NCBI GenBank assembly: GCA_034439575.1
Contig: JAWXAQ010000007.1
Coordinates: 224,001-288,000, forward strand
Direction: 5' to 3'
DNA length: 64,000 nucleotides
Source: Leptospira sp.
GTDB taxonomy: Bacteria; Spirochaetota; Leptospiria; Leptospirales; Leptospiraceae
Both the position numbers and the translations under genes were made by a program. The notes below the pieces were generated by a model, which was not told where the DNA came from, made no database searches, and was given only the letters and a program-made list of their open reading frames with translations. Below, in pieces: positions 41,855 to 53,382 of this stretch (its first letter is position 1; each line of letters starts with the position of its first letter).

Positions 41855-44698
41855 TTAATAAGCGATATAGAGTTGAAAGAGTTCTATTTTTTGTTGTATA
41901 CGGGCTCCATTTTTTATTTTCCGAATTTCAATTTCAAATTCTTCTTTGGCTTTTTGAATTTCTTTCATCGTTCTATGTAGAACCGCTTTTTTTTCTGGAC
42001 GGTTGTCCCATTTATAAGCCGCTTCTTGTCGCATCAATTTTTCTTCTAATTGGCGAATCATTTTCTGATGAGAAAGTTCTACTTTGTATTCTTCTTTTTG
42101 AAAAATAGATAAAGTTTCTTTTCCTAAAACTTCCTTTCGATTCTCTACCTCTTTTAAAATTTGCGGATAACTTTGAATAAATGCTGTTTCAATTTTACTT
42201 AATGAAAGTTCCTTTTCAGGTAAGTAGGTTTTTGCTTCACTCCACTCTTTTCCAATTTCAGATACCATTAAAATTGAATTGCTTTCTAAATCGTATTCCC
42301 AAAAGAAAAGTTCTCTTCGTTTTAAAGAAAATTGAAATTCAACAAGATAAACAAATAGAATTTTGTCTTTTAGTGTATTAGAATATACATATTTCTTTCG
42401 ATTTCCAATTTCGGAAGATGTTAGAAGTTCTGTAACTTTTTCAACATAAGGATGACCAAATGCCATAAATTCAAGAGAATCATTTGTGAGTGCTAAGTCA
42501 GAATCAAAAGTAGCAATTTTTGATTTACCTTCAAGATTAGTATACTCGTAGACATGAGGTTTAGTTAGTTGTAAGGTGCCTGGTAATTGACCTGGAAAAA
42601 ACTTTGAACCAGCGGTAACAATTTCTTCCAAATGTTGGTTATTCCATTCTCTTTCATCTTGGGTGTGATCATAATAATCTTTTAAATTGAAATCGAGAAG
42701 TTTAGGTGTAACAAGAGAATTTAATTTTTCAAAACCCTTTTGGGCAACTTGAATACGAATATCCAATTCCGAATCCATTTCTTCTTTTGTTTTTGTGCCA
42801 GTAATAAAATGCATAAAACTGGAATTAAAATCTAACTCTTCTTCGATAGTTCCGAGCAATTCATCTGAAGCACCAATGGATTCTTCAAATAATTTTATTT
42901 TGTTTGTGAGTACTTCGAGAATTCTTTCGGCGACAGTATCTTTCGAGGCAAAATTAAAAATATAAACATTATCCTTTTGCCCAAACCGATGGATTCTGCC
43001 AATGCGTTGTTCAATTTTCAGAGGGCTCCAAGGAAGGTCATAATTAAAAAGTATATTGGCAAATTGTAAATTTCTACCTTCGCCACCGGCTTCAGTACAA
43101 ATTAAAATCTCATAATCTTCTTTGAATCGTTGTATGGCTTTTTCTTTATCATCCATGCTAAGAGAGCCATGAAAGGATGAAATTTTAAATTCATGTTCGA
43201 GTATAGATTGAATGTGATCTTGTGTTGTACGAAATTGAGTGAAGATAATAAATTTTTTGTGACCCTCTTTTTTTAGTTTTGCGAGAGTTTCTTTTAGCTT
43301 TTGAGACTTTCTATCTTCTTTGATTTGTTTTCCTAAGTGTATCAATCGATTTAGGGTAAATAACTCTCGTTTGATTCGCTGAAAATTTGACATTTCAGAT
43401 TCATCAAGTTCTATCAAAAAATCTTCCACACCTTCAGTTTCATCCAAATCCCAATCATCAACGGTCACTTCATTTTCTTTCATGTAATGGAATTTTGTTT
43501 CTAACATGAATTTTCTTTTTTGAAGAGCAGATAATAGCGCTATTACGGAAGAATCTAACAATTTTTGGAAAACTATCATAACAAAACCTACGGCTCTGTT
43601 TTTTGTTCCCATTGCTAGATTGTATTCACGTTTTACATAATCGGTGGTCTCATCATAAAACTGACGTTCAATGGGTGATAAATCAATTCTTACTGTTTTC
43701 GCAAATCTTTTGGTAAATCCACCAACTTCAACTTTACGACGTCTGAGTAATACTTTGGAAATTTTTTCCTTTAAATCAGTTTTACCACCGACTATATAAT
43801 CATTTACAAAGGTATGATAAGGTCCGAGAATATTTGGATCTACCAAGTGGAGTAAATAGAATAATTCTTCTAATTTTCCGCGGAAAGGTGTAGCTGTTAA
43901 TAATAATAGGCACTCGGTTTTTCGAGATATTTTTTCTGCGAAAAGATAACTTCTAGTGACTTTGGAATAATCTCTTCTCAGACGGTGTGCTTCGTCGAAT
44001 ACAACAATGTCCCATTTTACTTTTAAGATTTCTTCAGCATATTTTGGATTTTTAATAAAATCAATCGATGTGATAACCTTATTAAAATTTCTCCAATGCC
44101 CTTCACCATTGGTGATAAAATTTCTTCTACGAATGATTTCAAAATCTTCATTGAATTTATTTTTCATTTCCTGTTGCCACTGAACAAGGAGAGGCGAAGG
44201 AGTTACGACCAATACTTTTTTTAATCCACGTCGAAATATAAGTTCTTTAACAGCAAGCCCAGCTTCAATCGTTTTGCCGAGACCAACTTCATCTGCGAGA
44301 ATGAATCTTGGTTTTAAACTATTAGCAACTATGAAAGTAGATTCTATTTGGTGAGGTAGTAGTCTTGTGCGAGAATTTGAAAGAGAAGAAAGTTTATTAA
44401 AGTTATGAGTTCGTTTGAGTTGATGTGCTATGAGTGCAATCTCCATTGCGCGTGGAAATTCTTCCCATTGTTGCAAAGCGTTTGGATAATTCGGGAGTAA
44501 GATTAAGTTAACATTTGTTTTATTTACAGTTTTGAATAATTCTTTTGAAGGAAAATATAGTTCAAAAGTTCCATTAATTTCTTTTAATATTTTTGCGAAT
44601 CCTAAATCTGCTTCATTCGATAGAAAAGCATATTCATTGTTAAATTTTGTGATTTGAATCGTTTCGAAATCTAAACTTAATTGCGTAGGGATTTCCAT
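41855..44698 (-). CDS. SNF2-family ATPase (RapA/HepA-like)
   Basis: [39 protein letters not shown]. Confidence 0.93.
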   Translation of the reverse strand: MEIPTQLSLDFETIQITKFNNEYAFLSNEADLGFAKILKEINGTFELYFPSKELFKTVNKTNVNLILLPNYPNALQQWEEFPRAMEIALIAHQLKRTHNFNKLSSLSNSRTRLLPHQIESTFIVANSLKPRFILADEVGLGKTIEAGLAVKELIFRRGLKKVLVVTPSPLLVQWQQEMKNKFNEDFEIIRRRNFITNGEGHWRNFNKVITSIDFIKNPKYAEEILKVKWDIVVFDEAHRLRRDYSKVTRSYLFAEKISRKTECLLLLTATPFRGKLEELFYLLHLVDPNILGPYHTFVNDYIVGGKTDLKEKISKVLLRRRKVEVGGFTKRFAKTVRIDLSPIERQFYDETTDYVKREYNLAMGTKNRAVGFVMIVFQKLLDSSVIALLSALQKRKFMLETKFHYMKENEVTVDDWDLDETEGVEDFLIELDESEMSNFQRIKRELFTLNRLIHLGKQIKEDRKSQKLKETLAKLKKEGHKKFIIFTQFRTTQDHIQSILEHEFKISSFHGSLSMDDKEKAIQRFKEDYEILICTEAGGEGRNLQFANILFNYDLPWSPLKIEQRIGRIHRFGQKDNVYIFNFASKDTVAERILEVLTNKIKLFEESIGASDELLGTIEEELDFNSSFMHFITGTKTKEEMDSELDIRIQVAQKGFEKLNSLVTPKLLDFNLKDYYDHTQDEREWNNQHLEEIVTAGSKFFPGQLPGTLQLTKPHVYEYTNLEGKSKIATFDSDLALTNDSLEFMAFGHPYVEKVTELLTSSEIGNRKKYVYSNTLKDKILFVYLVEFQFSLKRRELFFWEYDLESNSILMVSEIGKEWSEAKTYLPEKELSLSKIETAFIQSYPQILKEVENRKEVLGKETLSIFQKEEYKVELSHQKMIRQLEEKLMRQEAAYKWDNRPEKKAVLHRTMKEIQKAKEEFEIEIRKIKNGARIQQKIELFQLYIAY

Positions 44699-45408
44699 TA
44701 AACTCCTTTTTTATCACCCCAGAGAAACTTATGTAATTGTAATGACAAACGTGTATTAGGTGGATTCGCCACTTTTAACCATTCCACCAGTTCCTTAGCA
44801 TCTAAGTCTTCATGGACTGGTGAAAATAGAATGTTTGTCTCGGGTTTTTTCTCGCTGAGGATTTCCAAACTTCTTTGAAAATCGATTCTATCTCGGATCA
44901 CGAACTTGATTTCGTCAAGAATATTATGTCTCTTTTTAAGAATCTCAAAATTATCAAGATTCATCCTGGATTCCATTCCCGAGCCTGGTAATTTGTAATC
45001 TAAAGTAAAAACTTTTTCGATACCTTCATCAATCTGCTCACTTCCGTTTGTTTCAATTCGTGCGGAAGGGTATGGTAATTTTTTTTGAAGTCTTTGTGTA
45101 AATATTTCAAGGCTTAGTTTTCTTGTTCGAACCCCATTCTCTCCTTCTAATGGTTCGCCACCAGTGAAGAGTATTTGTTTGGCACCTTCAGAATCAAACT
45201 GGGAAATTCTTTTAAGTATTTCAGAATCTGTCATAGATTCACCTTCGTTTGGCCCCAAAGCGTAAGGAGTATCACACCAAAGTTTTCTAGTGCCTACCTT
45301 ACCACATCGCAAACTACAACCAGCAAATCGTATGAATACTGTTGGTATCCCTTGCGAAATTCCTTCACCAGAAATGGATTCGTAGATTTCATGTATTTTA
45401 CCGAACAT
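44698..45408 (-). CDS. queE: 7-carboxy-7-deazaguanine synthase QueE (radical SAM)
   Basis: EIYESI.GEG, F.RF.GC..RC...[22 protein letters not shown]. Confidence 0.88.
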   Translation of the reverse strand: MFGKIHEIYESISGEGISQGIPTVFIRFAGCSLRCGKVGTRKLWCDTPYALGPNEGESMTDSEILKRISQFDSEGAKQILFTGGEPLEGENGVRTRKLSLEIFTQRLQKKLPYPSARIETNGSEQIDEGIEKVFTLDYKLPGSGMESRMNLDNFEILKKRHNILDEIKFVIRDRIDFQRSLEILSEKKPETNILFSPVHEDLDAKELVEWLKVANPPNTRLSLQLHKFLWGDKKGV

Positions 45409-45483
45409 AGTGCCTACTCACTCATCCAGGAAATTAGAAATTGTTCTTGCGGAAAGAGAAATTATTCATAATTTCAGAACGTT

Positions 45484-47130
45484 ATGCAGGTTGAAGGCAA
45501 ATTAGAATACCCTCACATCGTTGAAGGGGAAAAACAACAAAATCACTTACTTTTAAGGCTCAGAACGCCACCTAATCCTGCTTTGACGCAAAGACAGCCG
45601 ATTGTCATTGGCCTTGCGATTGATAAAAGTTGGTCAATGAAAGGTGATAAGATTGAGTCAGTAATTGATGCATCTTGTTCCCTTGTCAATTGGCTTACGA
45701 GACATGATTCACTTTCGATAGTGGCCTATTCAGCTGACGTTCAAGTGATTCAACCATTAACTCACCTAACAGAAAAGATATCTGTCACGGATAGAATTAA
45801 AAATATTCAAGTTGCCACTTCGACAAATTTGAGTGGAGGTTGGTTATCCGCATTACGTTCTATAGAAACCGCAAAAATACCAAATGCATATAAAAGAGTT
45901 ATTTTACTTACGGATGGGAATCCGACATCGGGTATTAAGGAACCTGAAGATTTAATTCAGATTGCAAAAGATCATTTTGTTCGAGGCATATCTACAACAG
46001 CCATTGGGGTCGGAGATGATTTCAATGAAGCTATTTTAATGGAAATAGCAAAAGCAGGCGGTGGCAATTTTTACTTTATCGATAATCCAGAAATGGCCTC
46101 AGATATTTTCTTTCGCGAGTTTGGTGAAATTGGGGCATTGTATGCACAAGCGATTGAGTTAAATCTCGAGTTAGCCCCAGGAGTTCAATTCAAAGAACTG
46201 TTAAATGATTTTTCACATCAAATCACAGAAGAAATTGATGAATTTCAAGGAAATGCTCAGAGTTTAGTTAGACAAAAAATTAATATTCAGTTAGGTGATC
46301 TTCGTTCTGACGACCTCAAAAATATTGTCATTAAACTTGATATAGATGAGTCTTTAAAAAAAATCACAGGCCCTCTTTACCAAGCAAAGGTGAGTTTTTA
46401 TAATTTGCTCAGTCATATGAAATTAGAAAGCATAGACTCTAAGCTAGATATTTCTTATGGAAAATCTAAGGGTAAACAAGATCCTGATGTACTCGTTGAA
46501 ATCATAATTGCGAATACTGCAAAAGGGATTAATAAAATAACGGATTCAGTAAAATTAGGAAATCTTGAAGAAGCACGAACTTTCCTATTTGGATTGATTC
46601 AAGATGTAGAAACAAACAAACAATATTCTCCCAATGCGCTTGGTTCATTACTGACAAGGTTACTAGCAATGGACGCTAAAATTCAGGAAAAAGCAAATAA
46701 TCTCACTAAGCACTTGTTTGCTGGTTCATCATTTATTGCCCGGGGTCCAGAAAAGATAGATCTCAAAGGCGTTCAAGTTCATGATGAGATTTTTGAATTT
46801 AAGACCGAAGGTGATATAGATCTTTATAAATGTCCCGAAATTAAAGCGATAGTTGAGAAAAAGTTAGAAGAAGGATATCGTTACATGATTTTTGATCTAG
46901 GTCCAACATCTCATATAGATTCATCGGCAATAGGAACTTTGATTCAAATAGTGGGTTGGTTACGAAGAAGAGGCGGAGAATTTGTAACTGCTAATATTCG
47001 TGATTCGGTTAAAAAGGTTTTTGAAATTACCAGGTTATACAATCATATTCGTGTAGCTGAATCTTTAGAAGAAGCCAGGGAAACTTTACAGAGAATTATT
47101 TATGCAAAAGAAGGGGAAGAGAATAGTTAA
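45484..47130 (+). CDS. VWA-domain protein fused to a C-terminal STAS (anti-anti-sigma) domain
   Basis: MIDAS DKSWS...TNL...LLTDG; STAS G.ID...DL...HIDSSAIG...VFEIT.L. Confidence 0.88.
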   Translation: MQVEGKLEYPHIVEGEKQQNHLLLRLRTPPNPALTQRQPIVIGLAIDKSWSMKGDKIESVIDASCSLVNWLTRHDSLSIVAYSADVQVIQPLTHLTEKISVTDRIKNIQVATSTNLSGGWLSALRSIETAKIPNAYKRVILLTDGNPTSGIKEPEDLIQIAKDHFVRGISTTAIGVGDDFNEAILMEIAKAGGGNFYFIDNPEMASDIFFREFGEIGALYAQAIELNLELAPGVQFKELLNDFSHQITEEIDEFQGNAQSLVRQKINIQLGDLRSDDLKNIVIKLDIDESLKKITGPLYQAKVSFYNLLSHMKLESIDSKLDISYGKSKGKQDPDVLVEIIIANTAKGINKITDSVKLGNLEEARTFLFGLIQDVETNKQYSPNALGSLLTRLLAMDAKIQEKANNLTKHLFAGSSFIARGPEKIDLKGVQVHDEIFEFKTEGDIDLYKCPEIKAIVEKKLEEGYRYMIFDLGPTSHIDSSAIGTLIQIVGWLRRRGGEFVTANIRDSVKKVFEITRLYNHIRVAESLEEARETLQRIIYAKEGEENS

Positions 47131-47135
47131 CCTAA

Positions 47136-47357
47136 TTAGGCTAACCAGCGTTCTGCTTCTTCGATAGCTTCTTTTAATTCTGCAACAATCGATGGAGATA
47201 GTGCGATACCTTTTTGTGTAGGTTTGAATTCTCCATTCGCATCAGTGTACCATACTCTGATATTAAAAAGTGTCTGCCCTTTATATTCTGAGATTTCAAC
47301 TCTGACAATCTCTCCTCTGCCTTTATCGATATCTTTTATAATTCCAGTTTTTGCCAT
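47136..47357 (-). CDS. PC4/YdbC-family ssDNA-binding protein
   Basis: [19 protein letters not shown]. Confidence 0.88.
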   Translation of the reverse strand: MAKTGIIKDIDKGRGEIVRVEISEYKGQTLFNIRVWYTDANGEFKPTQKGIALSPSIVAELKEAIEEAERWLA

Positions 47358-47359
47358 GT

Positions 47360-48283
47360 TTAATAAGTCTCCACAAACAGCTGATCTTTGGCTTCTAATG
47401 ATTTCTTAAATTCATCGTATGGCAAGGATGTTTTTAATGCGGTCATCAATTCTTCAATGACACCTTTTTCCATTCCCTTCGGTCCACCGCAAATGTAAAC
47501 TTTCCCATTTTGAGAAATGGATTCCGAGAGAATGTCTTTAATTTCCCGAAGTCTATGAGAAATATAAAGTTTTCCTCCATCAAAACTATTCTTTTCTTCT
47601 CGGCTAATGGCCGTTATGAATTTAAAATTCTTATGATTTTTTGCTTTTTCCTCAAAATATTCTCGCAGAACAATTTCGTCTGAATAAGGCGCACCATAAA
47701 TAAGGTAAATATTTCCTTGGAAATTGATTAATTTATGTTCTAAAAGTTCTTCCACCATACCAAAGAAAGGTGCAACTCCAGTACCAGTGGCACAAAAAAA
47801 TAAGTCTCCACTAAAATCTTCTTGGGGAAGTATAAATTTTTTACCGGCAGGACCCGTCATGACGACTTCCTCACCAGGTTTTAAATCACACATATAATTG
47901 GAGCAAACACCTTTATGAAGTAGATTTCCCAAATCATCATAAATATTATCTCTTTTGATAATAAATTCGATATTGTCTTTGGTTTTCCCAAAGCTAAATG
48001 AAGGAGAGGCAATGGAGTAGAGTCGAATGGTATAACTTGGATCTGGAGAACCCTTTTCGAGCTTGGCTGGATCATTTCCTGGCGGGATGACGCCAGCACT
48101 TTGTCCAATGATATAAGGATAGGTATCGTGATTTAGGGAAATCGTTATACGATGAATGGCAGATTCACCTTCCGATTTTGGCCGCTTGGTCAAACCAGGT
48201 TCTGGGGTTAAACGGACGTTGGATATGACCTTTCCAAGGATAGGATTGGATTTTTTGAATAAATTGATCTGGGGACTTAGCAA
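47360..48283 (-). CDS. fpr: Ferredoxin--NADP+ reductase, plastidic type
   Basis: [31 protein letters not shown]-terminal ETY. Confidence 0.92.
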   Translation of the reverse strand: MLSPQINLFKKSNPILGKVISNVRLTPEPGLTKRPKSEGESAIHRITISLNHDTYPYIIGQSAGVIPPGNDPAKLEKGSPDPSYTIRLYSIASPSFSFGKTKDNIEFIIKRDNIYDDLGNLLHKGVCSNYMCDLKPGEEVVMTGPAGKKFILPQEDFSGDLFFCATGTGVAPFFGMVEELLEHKLINFQGNIYLIYGAPYSDEIVLREYFEEKAKNHKNFKFITAISREEKNSFDGGKLYISHRLREIKDILSESISQNGKVYICGGPKGMEKGVIEELMTALKTSLPYDEFKKSLEAKDQLFVETY

Positions 48284-48390
48284 TGTCTTCCTCTGAAGGT
48301 AAGGTTTTTGGGCAAGGAGATCGAGTCAATGAAAGGAAAACACATGGTTCCCCAAGTTTCACTTTTTCCTAAAAAAATTATGTCTCTTGA

Positions 48391-48418
48391 TTGACTGTAA
48401 AAATACATTTTTTAGTCT
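48391..48418 (+). promoter_or_regulatory. Putative sigma70 promoter
   Basis: TTGACT-N16-TAGTCT upstream of the 48476 ORF. Confidence 0.5.
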
Positions 48419-48475
48419 TTAGTCATTCCAGGCGGCGAGCCGATTTTCAAAGTATCCTTATCTAGAGAGAATTAC

Positions 48476-48697
48476 ATGCTGTCTTACGAACAAAATAATT
48501 TAAAATCCGAGCCTGCAATCATACCGACATCCCAACTTAACCGAAAACTAGAATCCTTTACCAATGACTTTCTCGCTAGACTTAAGAAAGAAGAAAAAAC
48601 TAGAGATGTTTCCTGGCAGGTGATTGATTTGCAAGGTAAAGTATTGGCAAGCGGTGCGAGTCCCATTCATGACAAACATTCGGAATTTTTATTTTAA
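48476..48697 (+). CDS. Small hypothetical protein
   Basis: 73 aa, ATG with AGAGA upstream, promoter upstream, stop 4 nt before the next ATG. Confidence 0.5.
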   Translation: MLSYEQNNLKSEPAIIPTSQLNRKLESFTNDFLARLKKEEKTRDVSWQVIDLQGKVLASGASPIHDKHSEFLF

Positions 48698-48701
48698 TCA
48701 A

Positions 48702-49196
48702 ATGAAACGCATTCTTTTCGCTACATTCATACTATTATATCTAATATCTTTCAGTTCCAATGCATTTGCTAAGGGTTATGGAATGGCAGGATGTGGACTC
48801 GGTTCCTTGATCCCAGCTTGGAAAAATGATATTACACAAGTGTTAGCTGCTACAACAAATGGTTCCTCCTCTAACCAAACTTTTGGAATCACATCGGGAA
48901 CTTTAAACTGCACAGATGACGGAATTGTAAAAGCAGAAAAAGCCCAAGAAGTTTTTGTACATTATAATCAAACAGGTTTAGAAAATGAATTTTCTAAGGG
49001 CGAAGGAGAAAGGTTAGATGCCATAGCATCTCTCTTAGGTTGTCCAACGCATGGTAAACAAATTGGCTCCCTTTCGAAAAAGAATTTCGATAAGATTGTA
49101 ACAACTGAAACTAGAAAAAATTCCTCTATGTTATTAATTGCACTCAAAAAAGAAATTAGTAAAGATCCAGAATTGAGTTTAGCCTGTAATTTTTGA
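48702..49196 (+). CDS. DUF3015-family exported protein
   Basis: Signal peptide; YGMAGCGLGS, AATTN, QTFGITSGT.NC, GEGE.L. Confidence 0.85.
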   Translation: MKRILFATFILLYLISFSSNAFAKGYGMAGCGLGSLIPAWKNDITQVLAATTNGSSSNQTFGITSGTLNCTDDGIVKAEKAQEVFVHYNQTGLENEFSKGEGERLDAIASLLGCPTHGKQIGSLSKKNFDKIVTTETRKNSSMLLIALKKEISKDPELSLACNF

Positions 49197-49972
49197 TTCG
49201 ACACAAACAAACAATATTCATATTTATTGTTTGCATTTTCACAACAGCCACCTTAGCTCAGTCGCAAGATACAAATCCACATCCCCCACAAAGGTTATCA
49301 ACTGGAATAGGTTACTCTTCCTTGGGAAGTTTTGTAGAATTTCAATATCGATTGAATTCACACGATTTACTAAATCAGGACAAAGGGTACATTCCATTTT
49401 CTGAATATGGAAAACTAAATACCAGTATTCGCTATTATAGCGAAAAGAATTATTTAGAAATAAATAAACTCAGCATCCTGAAAATGTTATCTTTATCAAA
49501 TTATAGGTCTTTAACAGAAACAAAAAGTTATGGTTTTGATTTGGGTTTAGAAAGTGTAAATGTATATGAAAAAGACAATAAATTTAGTTTTAATGAGCGT
49601 GAACAAAAAAGAATTACTCCCTTGAATAATGAGGTCCTTGCGGGATATTCTTTTCAGAACAATTCTAATCAGACACATTCAAATTATAACTTTTCGATAT
49701 TAACGGGAATCAAATCACAAGTTCATCCAGCTTTTAATGATTTTTTCAGGTTTGGTCCACAAATTGCCCTAAATTTTATATATGATCTTGGAAAGTTCAA
49801 AATAAATTTTTTATCTTCATTTCAATATTATAATATATCAAATAATCAGAATGATCATTTGAATTCACTAAAACTCAGATATTCTTTGTCATTTAACCAA
49901 GAAATAAGATTCGAAATATCCAAATTTTATCTAGGACATGAAGCTTTGATCTCTTACTTATATATGTTTTAA
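49193..49972 (+). CDS. Putative outer-membrane beta-barrel protein (like the C-terminal part of DUF4105 proteins)
   Basis: Signal peptide, R...HDLL..D.GY motif, C-terminal SYLYMF. Confidence 0.55.
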   Translation: MIRHKQTIFIFIVCIFTTATLAQSQDTNPHPPQRLSTGIGYSSLGSFVEFQYRLNSHDLLNQDKGYIPFSEYGKLNTSIRYYSEKNYLEINKLSILKMLSLSNYRSLTETKSYGFDLGLESVNVYEKDNKFSFNEREQKRITPLNNEVLAGYSFQNNSNQTHSNYNFSILTGIKSQVHPAFNDFFRFGPQIALNFIYDLGKFKINFLSSFQYYNISNNQNDHLNSLKLRYSLSFNQEIRFEISKFYLGHEALISYLYMF

Positions 49973-50610
49973 TCTGAAAAAATAATTCTAGAAATTTCTG
50001 AATTATATCTGTATGCGGTCTCAGTTGAATTTAGAAAACCATAAGCACCTAACTCAAATATAAATGATGCAGTAATTCCATATCCGCCATCTATATATTT
50101 ATCACAGCCCTTTTTATTTGCGGGTGAAATTTTTAAATCTCTTGGATTTAAAAATCTAAAATCATCTGGACAAGCAATATGAGCATAAGTCTTTCCATCG
50201 GCATGTCGTGCTTCATGTAAAATAACTAGGAATCGATCCAGTTTATTTAATTGAAAAAATTGTTTTCCGAGAACTACTTCGCCATTTTGATAATAAGCGA
50301 TGAAGTCACCTGTTGAGCCTGCCGTAAAAGATTTGATTCTTGATTGAACCCAAATTTTCATTTTTTTTCCTGAAAATGGGAAGTTAAATATTTCTTCGAA
50401 GTTCGAATAACGAGTGTATGTTTTTTTATCAATTTTTAATTTTTTCGGTTCAAGAGATTCTACAAATTTGAAAGTGTCTTTCAGTATACGAGTTTCTTTT
50501 TGGCTGAGATGATTTTCTTGAGAGTAGAGAAAATAAGAAGGATATGAATAAATTATAATAAAGTATATAAAAAAGTTAATGAATTTAAAATTGAGCTTGG
50601 ATTCCTCCAT
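49969..50610 (-). CDS. Exported HExxH protein (putative Zn metallopeptidase-like)
   Basis: Signal-like segment; ILHEARH, HIACP, CD...GGYG; start uncertain. Confidence 0.6.
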   Translation of the reverse strand: MEESKLNFKFINFFIYFIIIYSYPSYFLYSQENHLSQKETRILKDTFKFVESLEPKKLKIDKKTYTRYSNFEEIFNFPFSGKKMKIWVQSRIKSFTAGSTGDFIAYYQNGEVVLGKQFFQLNKLDRFLVILHEARHADGKTYAHIACPDDFRFLNPRDLKISPANKKGCDKYIDGGYGITASFIFELGAYGFLNSTETAYRYNSEISRIIFSD

Positions 50611-52702
50611 AGTAGAATCTGGGTCTGATTGGATTGTATGTGAGTTCATACTTATCGAGTAAATTATCTATGCCTATAAAAAGGGACATCCTTCCTTCGA
50701 AAAACTTTTTTTCTAATCTTAAGTTAATTAAAGCAAATTCTTTTCCATATATAACTCGATTCGGATTTGAATATGGGTCTTCTTGGTTCTCTAAAAGTGT
50801 AGTACTTGCCCCAGCAAAAGCATTAGTACTGGAATAAAAAGGTCTTTTGCCAATCCATTTCGTACGAATTGCAAATTCCCATCCATATGGCGCATTTAAA
50901 TAAAGGTTTGTTGTCGCTTGGTGCATGGGACGACCTTCTAAAGGTCTATCGGATGTTAGATCTCGCGTTTCAGTATAATTATAACCTAGTTCAAATGCTG
51001 TGTATGTAAACAATTTTGTTCGCATTCCCAATTCCCCGCCTCTAGTATATGCCTCTTTAATGTTTGTTAATTGGAAAGAGGCGTATTCGGAGGAGCTTGT
51101 GCCGTAATTGTATTGAATAAGGTCAGAGATTACATTTCTAAATAGGCTAAATGAAAAACTTAAATTTTTATAAGGATTGTATTCTATGTCGGTATTCATC
51201 GTCCGAGATTTTTCTGGTCTTAATCTTGGATTTCCATCTACAACATATCCTACTCCCGGATTTTCAAATCTTAAGTATAATTCTTGAAAGCTAGGTGGGC
51301 GGAATCCAAACCCATAACTAGCACGCAAAATAACTTGTGATGATAGATCGATTCTAGTCGCAATTTTTGGAGTAGTTTGACCACCAAACTGCGAATCTAC
51401 GTCATGTCGGATGCCTGGAATGATACGCCATACGATTCCATTTTTATATGCCATCCATTCATCTTGTAGGAATACAGCTCTTCTCGTTCTATAAGCAAAT
51501 CTTTGAGTGAGCCGATCCGATTCTAATTCGTTGGCATATGATTCTACTCCAAGAGTCATCATATGTTTATCTGTTAATTCATGGTCTAATTGTAATGTTC
51601 CTTGAGAGGATTGATCATTGGTTAGCTCTTTGGTATCTAATTCATCAGAGCCCCTTTGGTTTAGAGTGTATTTATTCTCCCACCTAGCATAGTTTCCGCG
51701 AAAAGATACCATATTGCGTTTGCCATATGAATATTCCATTGCTCCAAGCCCTAAAAAATCATTTGTAGCATTTGATCTGTCAAATAATCCACCTGATGCT
51801 TGTGAAATGACACCTTGTTGGAATCGGCTTAGATAAAAAACTCCTGTTTTAACGCGAAATTGGCCATCGGGATTAAATGTCATATTGCCACCAACATTTG
51901 AATCCTGAAATGCATTGCCAGTTGTGGATTTTGTACTAGGATCTAAATCATATCCACCAGATTGATTATAACCACCGTTAAAGTTAGCAGCAACAAAATT
52001 ATTGCGAAAGCCTACATCGGCGATCATATTTTTCTCGCCTTGTGTTCCAAAGTGAATCGTTCGTCCATTCCCATATGTTGTTCTAAATTGGTAATGTTCT
52101 GGTTTTTCTGACTGTCTGGTAATGATGTTAATTACACCGCCAATCGCATCTGCACCGTAAAGAGCCGAGGATGATCCTTTAACAATCTCTATACGTTCAA
52201 TATTCTGAACTTTGAATCTTGTTAGATCTACAGTATTGTTTAAGCGACCTGCTATTCTTTGTCCATCTACTAAAAACAATACATACTTTGAATCAAGACC
52301 GAGCATTTGAACTTGAGATCCACCTAATGCATTTGGTGTAACATTAAGTCCTAATTGGGTTTCTAATACTTCACCTAAGTTTCGTGCGCCAGTTTGTTCA
52401 ATACGTTTACGGGATATCACTTCGGTGGTGACAGTTGAATCTTTTAAACGTCTTTCACCACGGGAACCTGTAACAACAATTCCATTCTGATTGTCTAAAT
52501 CTTTGAACCTATCTTCTTCAACTTGCTTCGATTCTTCTTTTTTCTCTTCGATTTTATCTTCAGGTTTCTGAGTTTCCTCTGCGACTTGCACTTCTTCTTT
52601 GGGTTTTTCAGATGTTTTAATCTGTTGTTTTGGTTTTGTTTGGGAAAATAAAACAGAAGTAATTAAGAATGAAATTAAAATGAAATATAAATTTCGAGTC
52701 AT
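50585..52702 (-). CDS. TonB-dependent receptor (probable haem/iron uptake)
   Basis: TonB box GIVVTGSR, plug [39 protein letters not shown]-terminal F; next to HmuY. Confidence 0.94.
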   Translation of the reverse strand: MTRNLYFILISFLITSVLFSQTKPKQQIKTSEKPKEEVQVAEETQKPEDKIEEKKEESKQVEEDRFKDLDNQNGIVVTGSRGERRLKDSTVTTEVISRKRIEQTGARNLGEVLETQLGLNVTPNALGGSQVQMLGLDSKYVLFLVDGQRIAGRLNNTVDLTRFKVQNIERIEIVKGSSSALYGADAIGGVINIITRQSEKPEHYQFRTTYGNGRTIHFGTQGEKNMIADVGFRNNFVAANFNGGYNQSGGYDLDPSTKSTTGNAFQDSNVGGNMTFNPDGQFRVKTGVFYLSRFQQGVISQASGGLFDRSNATNDFLGLGAMEYSYGKRNMVSFRGNYARWENKYTLNQRGSDELDTKELTNDQSSQGTLQLDHELTDKHMMTLGVESYANELESDRLTQRFAYRTRRAVFLQDEWMAYKNGIVWRIIPGIRHDVDSQFGGQTTPKIATRIDLSSQVILRASYGFGFRPPSFQELYLRFENPGVGYVVDGNPRLRPEKSRTMNTDIEYNPYKNLSFSFSLFRNVISDLIQYNYGTSSSEYASFQLTNIKEAYTRGGELGMRTKLFTYTAFELGYNYTETRDLTSDRPLEGRPMHQATTNLYLNAPYGWEFAIRTKWIGKRPFYSSTNAFAGASTTLLENQEDPYSNPNRVIYGKEFALINLRLEKKFFEGRMSLFIGIDNLLDKYELTYNPIRPRFYYGGIQAQF

Positions 52703-52708
52703 TCGGTA

Positions 52709-53374
52709 TTATGGCAATTTTTTCCAGCGGATAGTCGGATAACCAGAAGTTCCAGCTTCGCTATAGTAGGATTCGATTTTTATAGCAAAGTATTGATTTC
52801 CATATCCACTTCTAATAATATAGATGAGACCCTTAGTTGTTAGATTGCCAATTTGATAGTTAAACCAATCGGTAAGTAAACTACTTCCGATAAAATCACC
52901 GACAGTCCCTCCAACCCCTTGCGTACTCGATTTGCCATCCACTGAAAAATTTCCGTCAAGACAACCTTGGTCATTTTTACTGATATTGCCAGCAGAACCT
53001 ACATTTGTTTGCGTGGATTGGCAGACTCCCCCATTGCCAGAAGAATTCGTAGATCCACTGTTAGTTGCAATTTTGTATCGATTGAACGCTATATCCCAAC
53101 TGGTACTAGATGCAAGTGATGCTGGTATTTGCGAATTTGTTTGAAGACTAAAATAAATATAGAAGTCTTGATTTGTACTGTTGATTCGTGTGACAGTAGT
53201 TCCCTCTATATCGGCCCTTGAATAAACAATTTTATCCAAAGCGTTGGGATCATTCGCCTTGAGTAAATTTAGTGCATAGGCGTTAAGAAATTGGGTGCGG
53301 TCAGAAACACTTTCGTTCTGTCTTGCGCACCCAATGAGAGTAAGGATTCCTATAATGATAGAAATTACTCTCAT
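52709..53374 (-). CDS. hmuY: HmuY-family haem-binding lipoprotein
   Basis: Lipobox IGC; WDIAFNR...TNSG, W.NY, K..SYY...GTSG.PT.RW. Confidence 0.88.
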   Translation of the reverse strand: MRVISIIIGILTLIGCARQNESVSDRTQFLNAYALNLLKANDPNALDKIVYSRADIEGTTVTRINSTNQDFYIYFSLQTNSQIPASLASSTSWDIAFNRYKIATNSGSTNSSGNGGVCQSTQTNVGSAGNISKNDQGCLDGNFSVDGKSSTQGVGGTVGDFIGSSLLTDWFNYQIGNLTTKGLIYIIRSGYGNQYFAIKIESYYSEAGTSGYPTIRWKKLP

Positions 53375-53382
53375 GATCTTTC

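Noticed and set aside
41855-47357. Complete dpd/Qat-type defence system
   Set aside because: Signature genes (dpdA/tgt, dpdB/C, queC-like) are absent; kept only as a linkage to test
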